From: Candidatus Latescibacterota bacterium
GTDB lineage: Bacteria > Latescibacterota > UBA2968 > UBA8231
DNA length: 64,000 bases
Assembly (NCBI GenBank): GCA_965243025.1
Contig: CBDETY010000003.1
Coordinates: 1,408,001-1,472,000 of the forward strand
Direction: 5' to 3'
Part shown: in pieces, positions 58,323 to 64,000 of the stretch
How the letters are laid out: each line of letters starts with the position of its first letter
Position numbering within the stretch: position 1 is the first letter of the stretch
Translations under genes and position numbers: made by a program
The notes under the pieces: generated by a model
Seen by the model: the letters and a program-made list of their open reading frames with translations, nothing else
Database searches by the model: none
Told to the model about the DNA's origin: nothing

Positions 58323-59233
58323 CCCCCGGGGCCGGGAAGCGTGGATGCCAGGCGTTTCTTCAGCTGGCGAATGACTTCCCCCCCGGTGCGCAAGCCCTGT
58401 CCCTGAAAGTCGGCCCCGGCCTGCCCCGGGGCCGCCGCCCGCAGCCGTTGCAGCAGCAGCCGCAGCTGGTGCCGTTGCGTCTCGGTGAAATGCCGGCCTT
58501 CGAGAAGGCGCAGGTACTCCGGGTCGGCCGCAGTAAGCGGTCCGGGCAGGCGCAGGAGCGCCGCGATTTCGGCGATGATGTCGGCGACGAGCTGCAGGTG
58601 GGCGCCGATCAGGGTCCTCGCCCTGGCCGCGGTCACCGCCGCGGCGGGTACTTCCCGGTTGTCGGACACGACCTTCAGGCAGTGGACGAGCTCGGGGGTG
58701 GTCCGGGAACAGGCCGCAGCGAAGAAGGGGTGGGCTTCCATGTCGCAGGCGGCCTCGCCGGGGTACTCCCGCTGTTCCCGGGCGACGGTGACGACCTCGA
58801 CCGTGCCGCAGGCGGGAGTGAAGCAGAAAGTCGGGTAGAAGCTGCCGGTTTCCGGCTCCCCCAGGCTGATCTTGTGCGCAAGCACCGGGGTCCCCACCGG
58901 GAGCCGGCGGTGGCCGGCGATGCCGACGTTGAGCCAGGCGCAGGGCCGGCGGCCTTCCCCTTCGTCGCCGAACCCGCTTACCGCCGCCTCGGCGGCGGCG
59001 GCCCCGACGCCGCACGAGATCAGCGACAGGTCGATACCCCGCCGGTTCCCGGTCCAGATTCGCCGTCGCCCCGGGCCCGGGGCGGGTGCGGGCTTCAGCC
59101 CCAGGCCCCTGACCAGCGGCTCAGCCTCGGCGGGAAGGGCGCACAAAAGGCGGATGTCGACCCCGGGCAGGCTGCTGCCTTCGCCCCCTCCGCGAGCGTC
59201 GTTGACCGTTCTGTGCTCTTCATCCAACTTCAT
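58319..59233 (-). CDS. Nucleoside phosphorylase-like (MTA/SAH nucleosidase fold) protein; start uncertain
   Basis: ALPAEA, CGVG, LNVGIAG, DMEA, KVVSDN plus helical C-terminal extension (FTETQRHQL). Confidence 0.8.
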   Translation of the reverse strand: MKLDEEHRTVNDARGGGEGSSLPGVDIRLLCALPAEAEPLVRGLGLKPAPAPGPGRRRIWTGNRRGIDLSLISCGVGAAAAEAAVSGFGDEGEGRRPCAWLNVGIAGHRRLPVGTPVLAHKISLGEPETGSFYPTFCFTPACGTVEVVTVAREQREYPGEAACDMEAHPFFAAACSRTTPELVHCLKVVSDNREVPAAAVTAARARTLIGAHLQLVADIIAEIAALLRLPGPLTAADPEYLRLLEGRHFTETQRHQLRLLLQRLRAAAPGQAGADFQGQGLRTGGEVIRQLKKRLASTLPGPGG

Positions 59234-59268
59234 GCAAAACAACAGCCAATGGTGCCAGGGGAGGCGGA

Positions 59269-60138
59269 GTGAGAAACGGATTCTTCAAGGGGCACGGGCT
59301 CGGAAACGACTACATCGCCCTCGATCCCGGCGATCTCGATTTCGAGCTCACACCACGTGCGATACGGGCGCTGTGCGACCGCAACCGGGGCCTGGGAAGC
59401 GACGGCATCCTCGCCCTCTCCGACACCGGAACAGCGGATTTCGGCGTCAGAATATACAATCCCGACGGCAGCGAAGCGGAAAAGTCCGGGAACGGCCTTC
59501 GCATTCTGGGCCGCTACCTGTACTCGACCGGAAGGACTCGCAGCCGGCGGTTCAGCGTCGATACCATGGGCGGCCTCGTCGAGATAGAGCTGCACGTCGA
59601 CCCCCACGGAGACGCCAGCGCCGCCACGGTCGCCATGGGTGGAGCCTCTTTCCGCCCCGGAGACCTGCCCTGCACCCTCGCCGCGGAGGAGCTGGTCGAC
59701 CAGCCGATCGCCGTGGACGGCAGGGAGCTCCGGTTCACCGGGGTCAGCGTCGGCAACCCGCACTGCGTCCTGTTCCGGGAGAAGGGGCTGGAGTGGTCCC
59801 GCGGGGAGCTCCTCGACCTCGGGCCCCGGCTCGAAAACCACGAGCTGTTTCCGCGCCGCATCAACGTCCAGCTCGCCGTCCCGGCCGGACCGCAGTCGAT
59901 CTACATCCTCATCTGGGAAAGGGGAGCCGGGGAGACCCAGGCGTCCGGTTCCTCCTCCTGCGCCGCTGCCAGCGCCGCGGTCCGCCTCGGACTGGTGGAC
60001 AGCCCGGTCACCGTCAAGGCCCCGGGGGGCGCCCTGGAGATCGAGGTCTCCGACGACTTCGATCTGACGATGAAAGGGCCGGTCGACGAGGTGGCCACCG
60101 GCAGCTTCACCCAGGCGTTCATCCGCTCCCTGAGCTGA
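59269..60138 (+). CDS. dapF: Diaminopimelate epimerase homologue with Ser at both catalytic positions
   Basis: KGHGLGNDY, GLGSDG, NPDGSEAEKSGNG, VGNPHCV, WERGAGETQASGS. Confidence 0.9.
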   Translation: MRNGFFKGHGLGNDYIALDPGDLDFELTPRAIRALCDRNRGLGSDGILALSDTGTADFGVRIYNPDGSEAEKSGNGLRILGRYLYSTGRTRSRRFSVDTMGGLVEIELHVDPHGDASAATVAMGGASFRPGDLPCTLAAEELVDQPIAVDGRELRFTGVSVGNPHCVLFREKGLEWSRGELLDLGPRLENHELFPRRINVQLAVPAGPQSIYILIWERGAGETQASGSSSCAAASAAVRLGLVDSPVTVKAPGGALEIEVSDDFDLTMKGPVDEVATGSFTQAFIRSLS

Positions 60139-60158
60139 GGGAGTTCCGCGGTGCCGGG

Positions 60159-61247
60159 ATGAAGCAGGAGATCGCCGCGGAGCTGCTGGCGGCATGGAAC
60201 CGCAAGCTCTACCTGTGGTTTTCCCAGTACAACGAGGAGTACGCCGGGGGGCGCCTGCGGCGGCCCGTCATCGTGCTCGGGTCGGGCAGCAGGCAACTCG
60301 GCAGCTGGGATCCGGTACTGCGCCGCATCACCATTTCCGTCGAGCACGTGCGCCGCGATCCCTGGCTCGAGGTGATGGATACCCTGCGTCACGAGATGGC
60401 CCACCAGTACGCCCACGAAGTTCTCGAAGCCGGGGACCTCCCCCACGGACCGGCCTTCCGCCGCGCCTGCGAGGTTCTTCGCTGCTCTCCCCGCGCCGAG
60501 GCGGCTGCAACCGGTGAACCGCTTGCCGGGGAAGGGGACGAGCGCATTCTCCGCGTCCTCAAGAAAGTCCTGTCGCTGGCAACCAGCCCCAACGAGCACG
60601 AAGCCCAGGCCGCGGTCGACAAGGCGCGCAGGATGCTGCTCGAGTACAACGTCGATCTCGTCGCCCTCGACCGCGAGCGCAACTTCGACTGCGTCGCCGT
60701 CGGCGAGATCAAGGCGCGGCGGTCGACGTGGGAACTCTGGGTGGCGGCGATCCTCAACGAGTTCTTCTTCGTCGAGGTGCTGTGGGCGCGGACCTACCAG
60801 CCCTGCCGCGACCGGATGGGAACCGTGCTGCAGCTGTTCGGAACCCCGACCAACCTCTCCATGGCCTCATACGTGCACGACTACCTCGCCAACCTGCTGC
60901 CGCGCCTGTGGGAGCAGTACCGCCGCGACAACCGGCTGGCGGGGAACCGCGAGCGCATGCGCTACTTCGCCGGGGTCGCCCAGGGTTTCCACGACAAGCT
61001 CACCTGTGAAGCCGAAGCCGCGGCGGACCCCGGGACCGGCTCTGGAACCGCCGCCCTCGTGTGGAAAGGGGACGGCCGCCTCCGGCAGTACTACCGGTAC
61101 CTGAACCCGTACACGCAGACGCGGACCACCGCAGGGGTGTCGTCGAGCGAGGCGTTCCGGGACGGCCTTCGCGAGGGGAGGAAGGTCGAGATTCGCCGCC
61201 CCCTCACCGCGGGCTCCGGCTTCGGCGGTCTGCTGGGACAGGGGTAG
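60159..61247 (+). CDS. SprT-like metalloprotease fused to DUF2786
   Basis: LGSW, LRHEMAHQ, HGPAF; then KKVLSLATSPNEHEAQAA..LLEYN. Confidence 0.85.
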   Translation: MKQEIAAELLAAWNRKLYLWFSQYNEEYAGGRLRRPVIVLGSGSRQLGSWDPVLRRITISVEHVRRDPWLEVMDTLRHEMAHQYAHEVLEAGDLPHGPAFRRACEVLRCSPRAEAAATGEPLAGEGDERILRVLKKVLSLATSPNEHEAQAAVDKARRMLLEYNVDLVALDRERNFDCVAVGEIKARRSTWELWVAAILNEFFFVEVLWARTYQPCRDRMGTVLQLFGTPTNLSMASYVHDYLANLLPRLWEQYRRDNRLAGNRERMRYFAGVAQGFHDKLTCEAEAAADPGTGSGTAALVWKGDGRLRQYYRYLNPYTQTRTTAGVSSSEAFRDGLREGRKVEIRRPLTAGSGFGGLLGQG

Positions 61248-61254
61248 GGCAGGA

Positions 61255-64000
61255 ATGCGGACCGCCCCTTGTTTCGCTTGGCTCGTCCTGCTCGCCACTG
61301 CCTTTGCGGGCCCGGAGCGCGGGAGTGCGCAGCTCTACCAGTTCGGCAAGAACAAGGTCCAGTACGACGAGTTCGACTGGCAGAAAATGGAGACCGCCCA
61401 CTTCGACGTGTACTTCTACCCGGAAGAGCAGCAGCTCGCCTCCTGGGCAGCCCGCATGGCGGAAGAGGGGTATCGCGCCGTCGAGCAGGTCTCCGGCCAT
61501 ACCGTGCAGCGCCGCATACCGCTGATCGTCTACTCCTCCCACGTCTATTTCGAGCAGACCAACATCATCCCCGGCTTCCTGCCGGAAGGGGTGGCCGGGT
61601 TCACCGAGTCCCTGAAGGGGCGCGTGGCCCTGCCGCTGAGCGGGTCGCTTCCCGAGTTCGAGCGCGTCCTCGTGCACGAGCTCGTGCACGTGTTCATGTT
61701 CGACCGCATCCGCACCGTGCTCAAGGCCAGGGGGGCCGCCCGCTACCGCCGCGGGCCGCTGTGGTTTTCCGAGGGGCTCGCCGAGTACTGGGCCGGACCG
61801 TGGGACAGCTACGGCGACATGATCATCCGCGACGCCCTGTTCTCGCAGCGGCTGGTTCCGATCGCCCGGATGCACCTCATCCAGGGCACTTTCCAGATGT
61901 ACAAGGAGGGGCAGTCGATCTGCGAGTTCATGGCCGCCCGCTACGGCCCGGACGTCTTCGTCCGCCTTCTCGACAACTGGTGGCGGTCCGAGGAGTTCGC
62001 CGAGGTGTTCGAGATCACCACCGGCGAGCCGCTGGCCGACCTCGACGAGAAGTGGGGCTACCACCTCCGCAAGACCTACCTGCCCGATATCGAAGGCAGC
62101 GACCCGCCCGGCGAGATTTCCCGGGCGGTCACCCGGTCCGGTTTCAACCTCAAGCCCGAGGTCTCGCCAGGCCGAACGGTCGGAGGGGAGCCCGAGGTGC
62201 TGTTCTTCCACAACCACCGGGGCCACTCGCAGATCGCCAGGGCCCCCCTGCGGGGGGTCGAGGCCGAGCCCGAGGTCGTCGTCCCCGGGACGCGGCTTCC
62301 GCAGTACGAATCCCTGCACGAGTTGAGCAGCAGTCTCGCCGTTTCCCCCGACGGCCGCCTGCTCGCCTTCTCGGCCAAGCGCAGGGGCCGCGACCATCTC
62401 CACCTCTGGGACCTTGGCGCTGGCCGGCTGGCCGGGACGCTGAGTTTCGAGGAGATCGTCGCCATTTCGAGTCCGACCTGGTCCCCTGAGGGGGGCCGCA
62501 TCGCCTTCTCGGGCGCCGGCAAGGGGGGGATTTCGGACCTCCACGTGGTGGAGGTGGCAAGCGGCGGGCTCGAACGCCTGACCGCGGATCAGTTCCACGA
62601 CCGGGACCCGGCCTGGCATCCCGCCGAGGACCGCCTGGTGTTCAGCTCGGACCGCTGGGAGGTGGCGGGCCGGCAGGGGTACTACAGCCTCTTCGAGTAC
62701 GATTTCGCCACCCGCAGGGTGCGTCCGCTGACCCGGGGGAAGAACAACGACCTGCACCCGGCCTGGTCCCCGGACGGCGGCCGCATCGCCTTCAGCTCCG
62801 ATCGGGACGGCAGGTTCGATCTGTTCGAGCTGGAACTGCAGGGCTCCGGCGCCGGGAGCCTGCGCAGGCTGACGAGGGTCCTGACCGGGGTCTTCGACCC
62901 GGCCTGGCTGCCGGACGGAAGCGGCGTTCTCTACACCGGATTCGAGAGCGGGGGCTTTCAGATCTACCTGCACGACCTCGCCACCGGTGCCGAAGGAAAT
63001 GCCGACCCGGGAGAGCTGATTGACCTCGACGCCGTCGCCGCGGCCGCCGATTCCGGCTGGACCCTCGAGGAATCGGGCGGCTCCGGCGCCGTCGTCAAGA
63101 GCCGCTACCGCAAGCACCTCAGCCTCGACATCGCCCAGAGCCAGATATCGCAGGATCCGGTTTTCGGGACCTCGGGGGGGATCCAGATCGCCTTGAGCGA
63201 CATCCTCGGGAACGACCAGTTCTACTTCGTTCTCTCCCACATTTCCGGCAGCGACGTCGGATTCTTCAACGGCCTCAACCTCGCCCTGGGCCGCCTCCAC
63301 CTCGCCCGCCAGCTCAACATCGCCTGGGGGGTGTTCCGCCTCAACGACCGCTTTTCGAGCCGCTTCGGCCGCTTCGTGCGCGAGAAGCGGACCGGCGCCT
63401 ACACCGAGTTCAGCTATCCCTTCAGCCGCAACAACCGCATCGTGACCCGGCTGTCGGTTCGCCACGCCGATATCGACCGCAGCTTCCAGGGCCGCAAGCT
63501 CAAGGGCTGGCTGATGTCGAACCACATCAGCTACACCCACGACGGCAGTTTCTGGATTCCCACCGGGCCGCTGGAGGGCACCCGCTACAGTTTCGGGGCG
63601 GGCCAGAGCGTCGATTTCAAGAGCTCGCGGCGCTTCAACGTGACCCTCTTCGGGGACTACCGCCGCTACCTGCGCCTGTCCCGGCGCAGCAGCTTCGCCG
63701 TGCGCTACGTTGCCCGGCACAGCCGCGGGGAAGTGCCCGAGTTCTTTTCCCTGGGCGGCAGCTGGACCCTCAGGGGATACCCCTGGCGCTCGATCTGGGG
63801 GAACAATCTCCTTCTCGCCAACCACGAGCTTCGCTTCCCCCTGCTCGACCGCATCGTGCTGGCGTTTCCGTTCGGGAACATCGACCTGAGAGCCTTCCGC
63901 GGCGCCTTGTTCGCCGATGCCGGAAACGCCTGGAGCGACCGCTTCGGGGACTGGCGGGGCAGTTTCGGAGCCGGTGTCCGCATCGCCCTGGGAGGAGTGT
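61255..64000 (+). CDS. Peptidase MA-like + PD40/TolB propeller + Omp85 (BamA/TamA) barrel protein; 3' truncated by window and absent from the ORF track
   Basis: Manual translation of segments in one frame: signal peptide, FGKNKVQY, HELVH, WFSEGLAEY, PTWSPEG / PAWHP / PAWSPDG repeats, LGGSWTLRGY, FADAGNAW. Confidence 0.88.
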   Translation, partial: MRTAPCFAWLVLLATAFAGPERGSAQLYQFGKNKVQYDEFDWQKMETAHFDVYFYPEEQQLASWAARMAEEGYRAVEQVSGHTVQRRIPLIVYSSHVYFEQTNIIPGFLPEGVAGFTESLKGRVALPLSGSLPEFERVLVHELVHVFMFDRIRTVLKARGAARYRRGPLWFSEGLAEYWAGPWDSYGDMIIRDALFSQRLVPIARMHLIQGTFQMYKEGQSICEFMAARYGPDVFVRLLDNWWRSEEFAEVFEITTGEPLADLDEKWGYHLRKTYLPDIEGSDPPGEISRAVTRSGFNLKPEVSPGRTVGGEPEVLFFHNHRGHSQIARAPLRGVEAEPEVVVPGTRLPQYESLHELSSSLAVSPDGRLLAFSAKRRGRDHLHLWDLGAGRLAGTLSFEEIVAISSPTWSPEGGRIAFSGAGKGGISDLHVVEVASGGLERLTADQFHDRDPAWHPAEDRLVFSSDRWEVAGRQGYYSLFEYDFATRRVRPLTRGKNNDLHPAWSPDGGRIAFSSDRDGRFDLFELELQGSGAGSLRRLTRVLTGVFDPAWLPDGSGVLYTGFESGGFQIYLHDLATGAEGNADPGELIDLDAVAAAADSGWTLEESGGSGAVVKSRYRKHLSLDIAQSQISQDPVFGTSGGIQIALSDILGNDQFYFVLSHISGSDVGFFNGLNLALGRLHLARQLNIAWGVFRLNDRFSSRFGRFVREKRTGAYTEFSYPFSRNNRIVTRLSVRHADIDRSFQGRKLKGWLMSNHISYTHDGSFWIPTGPLEGTRYSFGAGQSVDFKSSRRFNVTLFGDYRRYLRLSRRSSFAVRYVARHSRGEVPEFFSLGGSWTLRGYPWRSIWGNNLLLANHELRFPLLDRIVLAFPFGNIDLRAFRGALFADAGNAWSDRFGDWRGSFGAGVRIALGGV

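Noticed and set aside
61204-63825. 873-aa minus-strand ORF and 406-aa plus-strand ORF
   Set aside because: Shadows of the gene starting at 61255, which carries the peptidase, PD40 and Omp85 motifs

Overview
GC-rich bacterial chromosomal window. The gene content (Bat and GldAFG genes, peptidase-Omp85) suggests an FCB-superphylum lineage such as Latescibacterota or Gemmatimonadota; this is inference only. 1-14.4 kb: 3' part of tuf and a contiguous S10-spc-alpha ribosomal cluster to rplQ, with rplC (L3) cleanly absent and no adk/map/infA. 14.5-22.4 kb: rlmD-like methyltransferase, sigma54 activator with an atypical receiver, orphan ClpX-like ATPase, LpoA-like protein, FmdB zinc ribbon and a TPR protein. 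22.5-37.4 kb: one co-directional MoxR-DUF58-[GldA-GldF-tandem GldG-DUF4340]-BatABCDE cluster. 37.5-40.8 kb: a MurG-HEAT-repeat fusion and an atypical mraY outside the dcw cluster. 40.7-64 kb: two copies of a 160-bp palindromic MITE-like element inserted at CTAG stop codons, recG, a GT-C-like membrane protein, a perfect-consensus promoter with two palindromic boxes upstream of a small HTH gene and ssb, RraA-like, S1/P1-like nuclease, enolase-family enzyme, a degenerate RNase II homologue, a Gfo/Idh/MocA enzyme, cysQ-polX, a nucleoside phosphorylase/SplB-like radical SAM/SDR operon, a Ser/Ser DapF, SprT-DUF2786 and a peptidase-PD40-Omp85 gene running off the end. No rRNA, tRNA, CRISPR array or transposase was seen. 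All assignments come from motif recognition by eye; no database searches were run.
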